Notes: generated by a model not told the origin, from the letters alone. A stretch of 64,000 bases of DNA from Flavobacteriales bacterium (GCA_016779935.1 JADHMQ010000002.1:103649-167648); one strand, 5' to 3'. Positions 7,707 through 16,959 are shown, counted from the first letter of the stretch. Translations and numbers: made by a program.

Positions 7707-10541
7707 TTAAAAATCATAAGACCACTTAACACTAAAGTATCTTCCAGGATTATATTTTCGAAATGTAGCATTTTCAACACCAAATGATCTTGTACTCATT
7801 TCTTTTTCATCATCCAATAAATTTTTAATGCTTATTGAAATTTTTGATTTACTGTTTATTTTTGATGATAATTTAAGGTTTAAACTATTAAATGACTCAG
7901 TATAAATATCAGGAATTTTATTCATACTTACGATTGATAATGTTGGCCCTTGAACATTGTAAAAAATACTAGCTTCTGTATTTAAATCTTCAAATTTGTA
8001 ACTCAATCCAGCGTTTATTAAAAATGGTGCTTGACCCTGCATTTCTCTAACTAGTTCATCTCCAAACCAACTTTTATCTATTTCTTCACCTACTCTTAAG
8101 TTATTTTGTCTAGAATTCAATTCTTCATTAATAATTACTACTTCGGATTTAATAATTGAAGAATTTACATTGACATAACAATTATTCAGAAATGAAAATT
8201 TGGCTCGAGCTTCAAATTCAAGTCCAAAAATTTTCGACTCTGCTGTATTTCTTGGTTGAATATTATCTGGGTCAGAAGAAAAAGATGTCATTTCTATTGG
8301 ATTGTCTATTCCTTTATAAAATCCGCTTATCGAAATCGTTTGATTATTTTTTCCAAAATATTCATATCTGACATCAAAGTTATGTATATCAGAAGAGATT
8401 AAATCTATATTTCCGATATAAGTTATTCCAGAAAGCACATCTAATATTTGCGCATTTGATTTTTCTTTGAAAGATGGTCGAGCAGTTGTTTTAAAAATAG
8501 TTCCTCTTAAGTTTGAGGATTTATTTAATGTATAAATAACGCCTAAAGATGGAAAGAAATCAAAATTTGATAAAACATTCTCATTATTATATTCAACTCC
8601 TGATTGATTTACACCAGTGTAAAATTGATCATATTTTTCAATTCTTAAACCAGCTATTGATTTCAGGTTTTCACTTAACTGAAACTCTTCAGAAAAATAT
8701 GCAGCTAAATTTGACTTAATCCCTGAGTACTTGTTAGAAGGTTGATATTCTCCTTTTATATAAAATCCTGATTCAGTTGATATGTCATATAACTGAGTCG
8801 TGAGTAATTCATTTGGATCGCCGGTTAAACCTGAAGCAGCAGTGACGTTTTGAGGTGTGATTAAATAACGTAAAATTTCATAATCACGAAATTTAAAAGT
8901 ATAGTTAAATCCAAATTTCATTTTTGCATCAAAGTTGAAAATTTCATGATTTTTGATGATACCAATTTTAGAAGCAACATTATATTCGTTAAGATTTCTC
9001 CACATTCTTGATGGAGTCCCTGCATTAGAAACATCTATAGTATAATTGCCGTCATTTATTTCATATGCAGTTTCACGAATATCTTTGTCTCTAATTTTAG
9101 AATATGTTGGTGAAACTTTCCATATAAGTTTAATATCTCCATTTTTATAATTATGATTGCCTTCAATTAAAATATTTGAAAGGGATCTTTCTGTATATTC
9201 TAAATTTTCTTTTTTTATGGAATTAAAATTACTTTCATAATTATTTTCAACGAAAAATCCAGATTTTGACTCGCCATTTTGAAGATGTAAAAGATTCAAT
9301 TTTATTTTTGAATTATATGTCTTTACAGCAGCTCCTGCCATCGCACTAACTAACACTTCAGTTTTTCCAATATCACCTATTTGTTCTTTATTTAACACTA
9401 AATTATTCTGAGTATTATCATCGTTTTTCTCAAATTCGTTTTGTTCAACATCTTCAAAAAAACTTGAGCTTTTCTTGTAAGATAAAGCTCCAATATAGCC
9501 CAATCTTAAATCACCAATATCTTTTTGGTTGCCACCAGAAATACCAAAGCTGCCATCAATTAAATTATTCATTCTTTTTGTGGCTAATTCACTATTAAAA
9601 CTCTTTGTTGCATTAATTACAAATTCTGTGTCTGACAATCTAATATCTACAATATTATCTAGAAGTGTTGGGCTTATTGGCAGATCTCTATCTCCATTAT
9701 CAAATCCTAAGATGTCGGTATTGCTTCCATTGTATGATAAAAAATTATTATTTGAATTAAATGGGTTATAATGGATTTTATTATTGTAGCTTAATCCAAA
9801 TGATAAGTTGAGTTTTGAAGTTTCTGGGAATGCTTTTGTATTTAAGTTCACGACACCACCAGTAAAATCAGCATGTAGATCAGATGTAAATGTTTTTTTG
9901 ACAATTATATTGTCAATTATACTTGTTGGAAAAATATCTAGTTGGATAGAGTTTCTATCCGGGTCTAGTCCAGGAATATCTAATTCATTTAGTGTTGTTT
10001 TTGTATACCTGTCCCCCAGGCCTCTAACATATACATATTTACCTCCCTGGACCGAAACACCTGGGACTCTCTTAACTGCTACTGCTGCATCACTGTCACC
10101 AATTTTTTTAAAGTTTTCAGATGAAATACCATCAATAACATTTACAGATTTTTTTTTGATTGTTAAAATTGCAGCTTCAGAACTCTTGATTGCTTCAGCT
10201 GATACAACTACTGTTTCGACATTAATTGCTGAATTTTTTAGTCTTATTGATCCTAAAAATGTCACATCACCCTCTACAACTTTAACATTCGAAATGGTGG
10301 TAGAATTATAGCCAATAAATGAAACAACTAAATTATAATTTCCCGGAGCAATTGAAATTTCAAAGTTACCATCAAAATCGGACGACGACCCATTAGTTGT
10401 TCCTTCTATACCAGCGCTTGCAGCGAACATAGGCTCTCCAGTTTCATCATCTATAATCAAACCTCTAATAGTTCCATTTTGAGCAAAAAGAGATTGAATA
10501 AGAACTGTAAATGAAAATAATAATATTTTTTTTAAAATCAT
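7707..10541 (-). CDS. TonB-dependent receptor with N-terminal carboxypeptidase-regulatory-like domain
   Basis: 944 aa. Signal peptide, then a CarboxypepD_reg-like block (GTIRGLIIDDETGEP...FDGNFEISIAPGNY). Plug motifs follow (VKRVPGVSVQGGKYVYVRGLGDRY), and the beta-barrel ends in a terminal aromatic (WSYDF). Confidence 0.9.
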   Translation of the reverse strand: MILKKILLFSFTVLIQSLFAQNGTIRGLIIDDETGEPMFAASAGIEGTTNGSSSDFDGNFEISIAPGNYNLVVSFIGYNSTTISNVKVVEGDVTFLGSIRLKNSAINVETVVVSAEAIKSSEAAILTIKKKSVNVIDGISSENFKKIGDSDAAVAVKRVPGVSVQGGKYVYVRGLGDRYTKTTLNELDIPGLDPDRNSIQLDIFPTSIIDNIIVKKTFTSDLHADFTGGVVNLNTKAFPETSKLNLSFGLSYNNKIHYNPFNSNNNFLSYNGSNTDILGFDNGDRDLPISPTLLDNIVDIRLSDTEFVINATKSFNSELATKRMNNLIDGSFGISGGNQKDIGDLRLGYIGALSYKKSSSFFEDVEQNEFEKNDDNTQNNLVLNKEQIGDIGKTEVLVSAMAGAAVKTYNSKIKLNLLHLQNGESKSGFFVENNYESNFNSIKKENLEYTERSLSNILIEGNHNYKNGDIKLIWKVSPTYSKIRDKDIRETAYEINDGNYTIDVSNAGTPSRMWRNLNEYNVASKIGIIKNHEIFNFDAKMKFGFNYTFKFRDYEILRYLITPQNVTAASGLTGDPNELLTTQLYDISTESGFYIKGEYQPSNKYSGIKSNLAAYFSEEFQLSENLKSIAGLRIEKYDQFYTGVNQSGVEYNNENVLSNFDFFPSLGVIYTLNKSSNLRGTIFKTTARPSFKEKSNAQILDVLSGITYIGNIDLISSDIHNFDVRYEYFGKNNQTISISGFYKGIDNPIEMTSFSSDPDNIQPRNTAESKIFGLEFEARAKFSFLNNCYVNVNSSIIKSEVVIINEELNSRQNNLRVGEEIDKSWFGDELVREMQGQAPFLINAGLSYKFEDLNTEASIFYNVQGPTLSIVSMNKIPDIYTESFNSLNLKLSSKINSKSKISISIKNLLDDEKEMSTRSFGVENATFRKYNPGRYFSVKWSYDF

Positions 10542-10551
10542 GATATAAAAA

Positions 10552-10584
10552 ATCTCACCAAATCTATTAAAGATTTGGTGAGAT
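10552..10584 (-). terminator. perfect 14-bp stem-loop with flanking T/A tracts between the lipoprotein gene and the TBDR gene
   Basis: ATCTCACCAAATCT-ATTAA-AGATTTGGTGAGAT. On the minus-strand RNA the stem is followed by UUUUUAUAUC and then the TBDR AUG. Confidence 0.6.
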
Positions 10585-10618
10585 ATAAAAAGTTAAATGT
10601 TAAAATATTAACAAGTTT

Positions 10619-11830
10619 TTAATACGTTCCAGCAGTCCAACCTGTAAATTGAGACTTATCTGCACCACCCGAATTACCTAGAGTAGCATTAAAATTAGTA
10701 TTGTTGCCAGTTTGATCATCACAAATGTCTTCTGGAGTTAATTTACAAGCATTATCAGATCCATCTGTAGCTGGTAAATGTGATACATCAAATACTAAGC
10801 CAGAGAATGTAAGATTTGCAGTTGAGCTTCCACCATCAATTTCAAAATCTGAACCGCAAGAAAAGTTGTAAAATAAAACATTACTCATTGAACCCATTGC
10901 TTCTTTTCTAAAATCAGCATATTCTCCGTTAATTGTTTCATCATTATAACCCATCATAGTTGCTCCATTAATAGTAAATAAACCGTCCCATGCTCCTTCT
11001 GGGCCATCTATTTCGAAAGCATGATCAGATTCTGAATCAGCTATACCTACAATGTTTGTTATTGTTCCATTGTAAGATTGATCAATATCAATTGCGTCAT
11101 CTCCTTGGCTATGTACTGCTAGGTGTGAGGCGTTTACACTGCCACCAAAGAATTCAATACCATCATCGACATTTGCAACAACTTCAACGTGATGAATTTC
11201 TGTTCCTGTTCCTACACCACCCAGTGTCAATCCATTAATTTCATTACCTTCTCCTAGTAGCGTTCCACCATGACGAATTTGAACATATTTAAATACACCA
11301 GAATTATCTGCATCATTAGTTCCACCGTATAATCCATTTGTATCGTCTGCAGGAATTCCTTCAATTTGAACCGCTTCAGCATCTGCTGAAATACCAGCAT
11401 TACCTAATATAATCACACCGCCCCATAATCCTTTATATGAAGGATCAAGATTAGCAAATCCAGGATATGATGAATGATCGTTAGTTATTTCATCAGCTGA
11501 AGAAGTGAATATAATAGGTTGAGCAGCTGTTCCATTAGCAAATACTTTACCACCTCTTGCAACAATAAATGCACAAGCATTAGCTTCTTGTCCAGCATTT
11601 GCTTTAATAACAGTTCCTGCTTCAATTGTAAGTTCAACACCACTTGGAACCACAACACGTCCGTCCAATGTGTAAACATTGTCAGATGTCCAAGTTGTAT
11701 TTTCTGTAATTACACCAGAGTATGTAGTTGTTACAGTAGGCTCTGGTGGAGTTGTACTATCGCTTCCTCCGCATGCAACTAAGACAGATAGAGCAAGAAT
11801 TGATAAAAAGTTTAAATAGTTCTTTTTCAT
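10619..11830 (-). CDS. orphan lipoprotein, G/T/D-rich, possibly beta-helix-like (403 aa)
   Basis: Lipoprotein signal LSILALSVLVAC|GGSDS. Repetitive G-x-V/I strand-like motifs and acidic blocks DDGIEFFGG, DDAIDIDQSY, DHAFEIDG. I cannot assign a family. Confidence 0.6.
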   Translation of the reverse strand: MKKNYLNFLSILALSVLVACGGSDSTTPPEPTVTTTYSGVITENTTWTSDNVYTLDGRVVVPSGVELTIEAGTVIKANAGQEANACAFIVARGGKVFANGTAAQPIIFTSSADEITNDHSSYPGFANLDPSYKGLWGGVIILGNAGISADAEAVQIEGIPADDTNGLYGGTNDADNSGVFKYVQIRHGGTLLGEGNEINGLTLGGVGTGTEIHHVEVVANVDDGIEFFGGSVNASHLAVHSQGDDAIDIDQSYNGTITNIVGIADSESDHAFEIDGPEGAWDGLFTINGATMMGYNDETINGEYADFRKEAMGSMSNVLFYNFSCGSDFEIDGGSSTANLTFSGLVFDVSHLPATDGSDNACKLTPEDICDDQTGNNTNFNATLGNSGGADKSQFTGWTAGTY

Positions 11831-11967
11831 TTTTTTTTGATTAGGTTAAAAATTTTTATGCAAACAAATACATTTTAAATTAACATAGCGTTTACTGAAT
11901 ATTATATAAAAAACAACTATACATTAAGTGAATGTTAAAATAAATTGTTAGCAGCCAAAAGATTTAA

Positions 11968-12675
11968 CTATTCAATAATAAATGATCTTGATGAAGGGTT
12001 GAATGGAGTTTTTATTATTTCACCATTGGCGTCCAAAAGCTCAAGTTTAACTGATATTTCACCTTTTTCTAATCCATTAATTAAATATGGACGCCATTCA
12101 TATAAAATAAACTCTTGATTTTGAATTGTTGCTCTAACTTTATTGCCATTTTTTGAAATACTAGTATTCACTAGATAAAAGTCTAATAAAATCTCTTTTG
12201 AATCTTCTAATTTATAGATTCCCTTAGGTCTACTGTAAAACAGAAATTCATTATTTAAGTCGTATTGATCTCCAGTTTGGGTTAAAATAAATGCATTTTC
12301 ATTTTTAACAGACTCGTGATATGATCTTGATAAAAAAGCAAGAATTACATTATTGTTTGAGTCTAATTTATGTTCAAAACTTGCTGAATACTTAGCAAAA
12401 TATGGATCGTTATTTAATATCAGGTGAATATGTTGACCTTTTTTAGAATTAGCTAATTTAAATGCATTTTCATTATCTGTCTGAATTCCTAATCCAAAAT
12501 TTTGAATATCAAAATTAAAACTATAATTGTTATCCTCTTTTTTTGTTAATTCTATTAAATTTAATTTAGCTTCTTCTAATCTGTCTGATTTTTCAAGTTT
12601 TGTTAATGATATTTGAGATTGATTTGAGCATGATATCAACAAAAAGAATATGTAAAAATATTTTATAACCTTCAT
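11968..12675 (-). CDS. orphan lipoprotein (235 aa)
   Basis: Lipoprotein signal YIFFLLISC|SNQ and a His-containing block KKGQHIHLILNNDPY. First gene of the minus-strand operon. No family recognised. Confidence 0.55.
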   Translation of the reverse strand: MKVIKYFYIFFLLISCSNQSQISLTKLEKSDRLEEAKLNLIELTKKEDNNYSFNFDIQNFGLGIQTDNENAFKLANSKKGQHIHLILNNDPYFAKYSASFEHKLDSNNNVILAFLSRSYHESVKNENAFILTQTGDQYDLNNEFLFYSRPKGIYKLEDSKEILLDFYLVNTSISKNGNKVRATIQNQEFILYEWRPYLINGLEKGEISVKLELLDANGEIIKTPFNPSSRSFIIE

Positions 12676-12724
12676 TTTTTTTTGTAAAATTAATTATTTA
12701 GATGTAATATCTTTATATTTATTA

Positions 12725-12732
12725 TAAATTTG
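12725..12732 (+). promoter_or_regulatory. Bacteroidetes-type -7 promoter box upstream of the response regulator
   Basis: Exact TAAATTTG (TAnnTTTG), 15 nt upstream of the ATG at 12747. Confidence 0.45.
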
Positions 12733-12746
12733 AAAATTATTTATAT

Positions 12747-13421
12747 ATGAAACCAAAAGTTTTAGTTGTTGATGATGAAGATGATATTCTTGAATTTATT
12801 AGCTATAATCTTGTCAAAGAAGGATTTGAGGTTAAATTGGCAAACAACGGAATTGAAGCTATTGAAATAGCAAAAAAGTTCCTTCCAGACTTAATTATCT
12901 TAGATGTTATGATGCCAGACATGGATGGCATTACTACATGTCATAGAATTAAATCTATTAAAGATCTTTCTGAAACAATTATTACTTTTCTTTCTGCCAG
13001 ATCAGAAGACTACACTCAAATAGCTGGACTTGATTCCGGAGCGGACGACTATATTACAAAGCCAATTCGACCCCGCCTATTAATAAGTCGTGTAAATGCT
13101 TTGCTAAGAAGAAAATCAGAATTTAATAATCAAAATCAAATAGTTAATATTGGAGACCTTTCTTTAGACTCTGAAAAATTTATTTTAAAATACAAAAATA
13201 ATCTAGTTGACATTACAAAAAAAGAGTTTGCACTTTATGAATTACTTCTGTCAAAGCCCGGGAAGGTTTTTAAAAGACAAGAAATATTAGAAAAAGTATG
13301 GGGTAATGATATAATAATTGGAGATAGAACGATTGATGTTCACATAAGAAAAATTAGATCCAAAACTAATCCAAATTATATTAAAACAATTAAAGGGGTA
13401 GGGTATAAATTTGAATGCTAA
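12747..13421 (+). CDS. OmpR/PhoB-family DNA-binding response regulator
   Basis: 224 aa. Receiver domain (VLVVDDEDD, LIILDVMMPDMDG, DDYITKP) plus a winged-helix output domain (TIDVHIRKIRSK, GVGYKF). Confidence 0.9.
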   Translation: MKPKVLVVDDEDDILEFISYNLVKEGFEVKLANNGIEAIEIAKKFLPDLIILDVMMPDMDGITTCHRIKSIKDLSETIITFLSARSEDYTQIAGLDSGADDYITKPIRPRLLISRVNALLRRKSEFNNQNQIVNIGDLSLDSEKFILKYKNNLVDITKKEFALYELLLSKPGKVFKRQEILEKVWGNDIIIGDRTIDVHIRKIRSKTNPNYIKTIKGVGYKFEC

Positions 13422-14452
13422 TGATAAAATTTAATAATCCAAAAACAATTTCATTTTATTCATCACTTTTATTAGCGATTTTAACATCATTACTATTTTT
13501 ATTAATTACTTACGCTAGAGGAAATTTCGACCTTACGAATCCTATAATAATTTTTTTATTGGTTTTAGGTTTATGCTACTTTACTAATAATTTAATATTA
13601 ACCAATTTCATAAGTGAAAAAGTAAAAGTCATATATAAAACCATTCTTAGTCAAAAAGGAATTTCTGAAAAAATTGAGACAGATTTAGAAAAAGTAAATA
13701 ATGATGTTTTTATTTTTTTGAATCGTAATAAATCTGAATTAGATGAATTAAAAAAAATGGAAACCTTCAGAAGAGAATTCATTGGAAATATATCTCATGA
13801 ACTAAAAACTCCTGTTTTTAATATGCAGGGTTTTATCCATACTCTTATAGATGGCGCTATATATGATGATAATGTAAATATTAAATATCTAGATCGTGCT
13901 TCAAAGTCAATAGATAGAATGATAACTATGCTAAATGATTTAGATGTAATCACAAGTATTGAGTCTAATAATTATAGCATTGATTTTTCTGATTGGAACC
14001 TTAATTTATTAATTGAAGAAATAATTGGACAACTCGAGATTAAAACCAAATCAAAAAATATTTCAATTAGCTTAGATTATGAAAATAAGTCGCAAACACT
14101 AGTTCACGCTGATAGAGACTTAATTCATCATGTAATTACAAATTTACTCGTCAACTCAATTAATTATGGTAATCTTAATGGCAAAACAGAAGTTAGATTG
14201 TTTGATATGGGAGATAGTATCTTAATTGAAGTTGCTGATAACGGTATTGGTATTTCTCAAAAACATTTACCACGCTTATTCGAGCGTTTTTACAGAGTTG
14301 ATAAATCGAGATCAAGGAAAGATGGTGGAAGTGGATTGGGGTTATCTATAGTAAAACATATTATAGAAAGTCATGGACAAACAATAAACGTGAGAAGTAC
14401 AGAAGGTGTTGGGACAACATTTGGCTTTACTCTAAAAAAAAGTGAAATATAA
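13415..14452 (+). CDS. sensor histidine kinase (two TM segments, no extracytoplasmic domain)
   Basis: 345 aa. H-box GNISHELKTP, N-box LLVNSINYG, G1 DNGIGI, G2 GGSGLGLS. The two N-terminal TM helices are separated by only about 10 residues (ARGNFDLTNP). Overlaps the regulator gene by 7 nt. Confidence 0.9.
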   Translation: MLMIKFNNPKTISFYSSLLLAILTSLLFLLITYARGNFDLTNPIIIFLLVLGLCYFTNNLILTNFISEKVKVIYKTILSQKGISEKIETDLEKVNNDVFIFLNRNKSELDELKKMETFRREFIGNISHELKTPVFNMQGFIHTLIDGAIYDDNVNIKYLDRASKSIDRMITMLNDLDVITSIESNNYSIDFSDWNLNLLIEEIIGQLEIKTKSKNISISLDYENKSQTLVHADRDLIHHVITNLLVNSINYGNLNGKTEVRLFDMGDSILIEVADNGIGISQKHLPRLFERFYRVDKSRSRKDGGSGLGLSIVKHIIESHGQTINVRSTEGVGTTFGFTLKKSEI

Positions 14453-14464
14453 ATAAGTTTAAAA

Positions 14465-14791
14465 TTATTTATCCATTTGATCGTCTCTAGGAACTTTTAT
14501 TTCAATTTTTGCTTTAGGATGTCTTTGTGACATAAACTGTGCAATTTTTTTAGTCATTTCATCATACACTGCAGAATATTGTATTAAACTAACCTCTAAA
14601 ATAAAATTTCCAGCAGAGTATTCGTATTCCATTGGACCCATTTTAGCAACAGCATTGTTGTTATAAAAAACTTCGTTAGCTTTAACCGTAAATTTTTCAT
14701 ATTCATCAGTAGGCAGGTATGTAAAAGAATTACATGAGGCAACCAATAGTACAATAACAAGCAGACTTAAATATTTGTAAAAATGTTTCAT
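14465..14791 (-). CDS. hypothetical lipoprotein (108 aa)
   Basis: Signal plus lipobox LVIVLLVASC|NS. No family motif recognised. Confidence 0.5.
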   Translation of the reverse strand: MKHFYKYLSLLVIVLLVASCNSFTYLPTDEYEKFTVKANEVFYNNNAVAKMGPMEYEYSAGNFILEVSLIQYSAVYDEMTKKIAQFMSQRHPKAKIEIKVPRDDQMDK

Positions 14792-14809
14792 TCTGCTAAT
14801 TTAGAAATA

Positions 14810-15859
14810 TTATTTAAAGATATCAAAAATATTTTTCCAATCAGGGTTAAAATTTGTATATACAAATCCATTAAATTCTGAACTTCTATTTAGAGCATTT
14901 TTTAAATTAAATTCTTTTTGATGCATAGCAAAAGCAATATTTTTATCGTAAAAGTATTTGGCTAAATAAAGCTGTTCTGTTTGCCCTGGAGTTGGCACAA
15001 AAATGGCTTTTTTATGCAGTTTGGCAATATCCATTACTGTAGAATAACCAGAGCGGCTAATAACAAGATTGGCATTAACCATAGCTTGATTGAGTTCAGT
15101 TGATTTTAGATGACTAACTATTTTTAAATTGTCAATACTTTCCTCTAAATCCTCTTCAGTTTTTCCCAATACCAAAATTGCTTTTTTCTTAGAGCTAAGA
15201 AGTTGTTTTCTGAGAATTTTTTCAAAAATACTTCGCTGAGGTTCTGGGCCAGAAATCACTGCTAGAATATCCAAATCTTCAGTTTTTTCCATAGGCTCAA
15301 AACGCGATAAACTACCCACAAAATGGCAGTTGACTTGCGGTAAATTGGAGCATGTTAAATCTCCACTTAGTAAATGTTCCTCGGAATCGGGAATCCAACA
15401 AGCATCGAAATTCTCAATATATCTGAAGTTGATGTTTTGAATAAAACTTGAAAAAATAGGGGATTGAATATTCAACTGATGCGTAATAAATACGCAGGGC
15501 ACTTTTCTGGAGTACATACCAAAGCGGTTATCTGAAATTACGCCATCAATATTATAATCCTCAATGATTTGGGTTAAAGCTTTTTTCTCTTTGCGAATCC
15601 CTTTCCAAATTTTCAAGCTTTGGCGAATCATACTCCAAGCCATGTTTCCATTTTTTGGGTACAGGATGTTATAGCTTTCTACTTTTATGAAATCTCTATT
15701 CGGAAACTCACTCATAAGTAAGTCTAGCGGACGACCACTAGCCGCAAAAACAACTTCAAAGCCTTCCACTTCTAAAGCTCGTGCAATGGGAATACACCGA
15801 CTTGCGTGTCCCAATCCCCAATCCAAAGGGGCTATCAGTATTCTTTTTTTAGAATTCAC
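14810..15859 (-). CDS. glycosyltransferase (GT28/MurG-like, UDP-glycosyltransferase superfamily)
   Basis: N-terminal KRILIAPLDWGLGHASRCIPIARAL is typical of MGT/GT28-like N-domains, with a C-terminal SRSGYSTVMD...GQTEQ nucleotide-sugar region. The track start (15958) would overlap trmB and its promoter. I prefer GTG at 15859, but the start is uncertain. Confidence 0.7.
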   Translation of the reverse strand: MNSKKRILIAPLDWGLGHASRCIPIARALEVEGFEVVFAASGRPLDLLMSEFPNRDFIKVESYNILYPKNGNMAWSMIRQSLKIWKGIRKEKKALTQIIEDYNIDGVISDNRFGMYSRKVPCVFITHQLNIQSPIFSSFIQNINFRYIENFDACWIPDSEEHLLSGDLTCSNLPQVNCHFVGSLSRFEPMEKTEDLDILAVISGPEPQRSIFEKILRKQLLSSKKKAILVLGKTEEDLEESIDNLKIVSHLKSTELNQAMVNANLVISRSGYSTVMDIAKLHKKAIFVPTPGQTEQLYLAKYFYDKNIAFAMHQKEFNLKNALNRSSEFNGFVYTNFNPDWKNIFDIFK

Positions 15860-15942
15860 GCTTCGAAAGTACTTAAAAATTGAGCTATTATTGCATAAAA
15901 TTTTTAGCGTTGGCAAAGAATAAACTCCGTAAATTTTCACAA

Positions 15943-16575
15943 ATGGCAGAATACTCAAATGTATTTCAGCCTACTTTTGAAGAATTAAAGACTGGCTTTA
16001 AGAACAAAGGACAGTGGAAGAAAGATGTTTTTAAAAATGACAATCCACTCATTGTGGAGTTGGGTTGTGGCAAGGGAGAGTATTCGGTGGGCTTGGCAAA
16101 GAAATATCCTAACAAAAACTTTTTAGGTGTGGATGTAAAAGGAGCACGGATGTGGAAAGGCGCCACCGATGCTAATGAAGAAAATATATCCAACGTTGCG
16201 TTTTTACGAACTCGCATAGAGTTTATAGAATACTGTTTTGCGAATAATGAAGTGGACGAGATTTGGATAACTTTTCCTGACCCGCAGATAAAAAAGAAAA
16301 GAGCTAAAAATAGACTCACTCATCCGGTTTTTTTAGAACGGTACTCTAGAATTTTAAAAAAAGACGGTTTGATACACCTCAAAACAGATTCTCAATTTTT
16401 ACACGGTTACACTTTGGGGATTATTGAAGGTAATCAACGTGTTTTAGAAGATGCCGAGCACGATATCTACAACGCTCAACTTCAACGTCCAGATATGAGT
16501 ATCAAAACACACTACGAGAACTTATTTTTAGATAAAGATATGCCCATAACTTATCTGAGGTTTAGACTTCAATAA
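15943..16575 (+). CDS. trmB: tRNA (guanine46-N7)-methyltransferase
   Basis: SAM-binding VELGCGKGEY and the TrmB blocks ITFPDPQIKKKRAKNRL and HLKTDS. The track TTG start at 15880 was replaced by the ATG at 15943. Confidence 0.85.
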   Translation: MAEYSNVFQPTFEELKTGFKNKGQWKKDVFKNDNPLIVELGCGKGEYSVGLAKKYPNKNFLGVDVKGARMWKGATDANEENISNVAFLRTRIEFIEYCFANNEVDEIWITFPDPQIKKKRAKNRLTHPVFLERYSRILKKDGLIHLKTDSQFLHGYTLGIIEGNQRVLEDAEHDIYNAQLQRPDMSIKTHYENLFLDKDMPITYLRFRLQ

Positions 16576-16589
16576 CACGTTTACTAAGC

Positions 16590-16916
16590 ATGCCAGAGAA
16601 GTCATTTTTTCAGAAAGTATATGAGGTTGCAGCTCAAATTCCTGAAGGAAAAGTAAGTACTTATGGTGCAATTGCAAAATACATAAGTAGTGCAAATGCC
16701 TCGAGAATGGTGGGTTGGGCATTGAATAAAGCCGATACGCTTGAAGTTCCGGCACATCGTGTGGTTAACCGAATAGGAATGTTGAGCGGAAAGTATCATT
16801 TTGATGGAGTTACCCTAATGCAACAATTGTTGGAAAATGAGGGAGTGAGAGTTATTGATAATCAAGTTCAAGATTTAGAAAATGTGTTTTGGGACCCTAG
16901 TAAAGAATTGATTTGA
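16590..16916 (+). CDS. alkyltransferase-like (ATL) protein / MGMT-family DNA-binding domain lacking the acceptor cysteine
   Basis: 108 aa, the C-terminal MGMT DNA-binding domain only (STYGAIAKY...SRMVGWAL). The active-site position reads PAHRVV instead of PCHRV. Confidence 0.8.
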   Translation: MPEKSFFQKVYEVAAQIPEGKVSTYGAIAKYISSANASRMVGWALNKADTLEVPAHRVVNRIGMLSGKYHFDGVTLMQQLLENEGVRVIDNQVQDLENVFWDPSKELI

Positions 16917-16943
16917 ATTAGTTTATTTAAAAAGGCAATTGCG

Positions 16944-16951
16944 TATCTTTG
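16944..16951 (+). promoter_or_regulatory. Bacteroidetes-type -7 promoter box upstream of the mrp-nifU-korAB genes
   Basis: Exact TATCTTTG (TAnnTTTG), ending 8 nt before the ATG at 16960. It lies inside the ORF-track N-terminal extension, which argues against that extension. Confidence 0.5.
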
Positions 16952-16959
16952 CACCTACA

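Noticed and set aside
9529-10311. Plus-strand ORFs 9529..9771 and 9808..10311 (80 and 167 aa) inside the TonB-dependent receptor gene.
   Set aside because: They are antisense to a well-supported 944-aa CDS, with S/T/L/F-rich composition typical of antisense frames in AT-rich genes and no motifs.
10990-11782. Plus- and minus-strand ORFs 10990..11238, 11485..11679 and 11519..11782 within the 403-aa lipoprotein gene.
   Set aside because: They are alternative or antisense frames of a supported CDS. Their biased Q/L/H/C composition is not protein-like.
12692-12743. 9-bp direct repeat AATTATTTA (12692-12700 and 12735-12743) in the divergent promoter between the lipoprotein/TBDR operon and the two-component genes. 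I considered it as a possible Pho-box-like regulator site.
   Set aside because: The sequence is pure A/T in a region of about 85 percent AT, the 43-bp spacing is not helical-phase typical for OmpR/PhoB sites, and there is no resemblance to the CTGTCAT-type Pho box. Chance is the likelier explanation.
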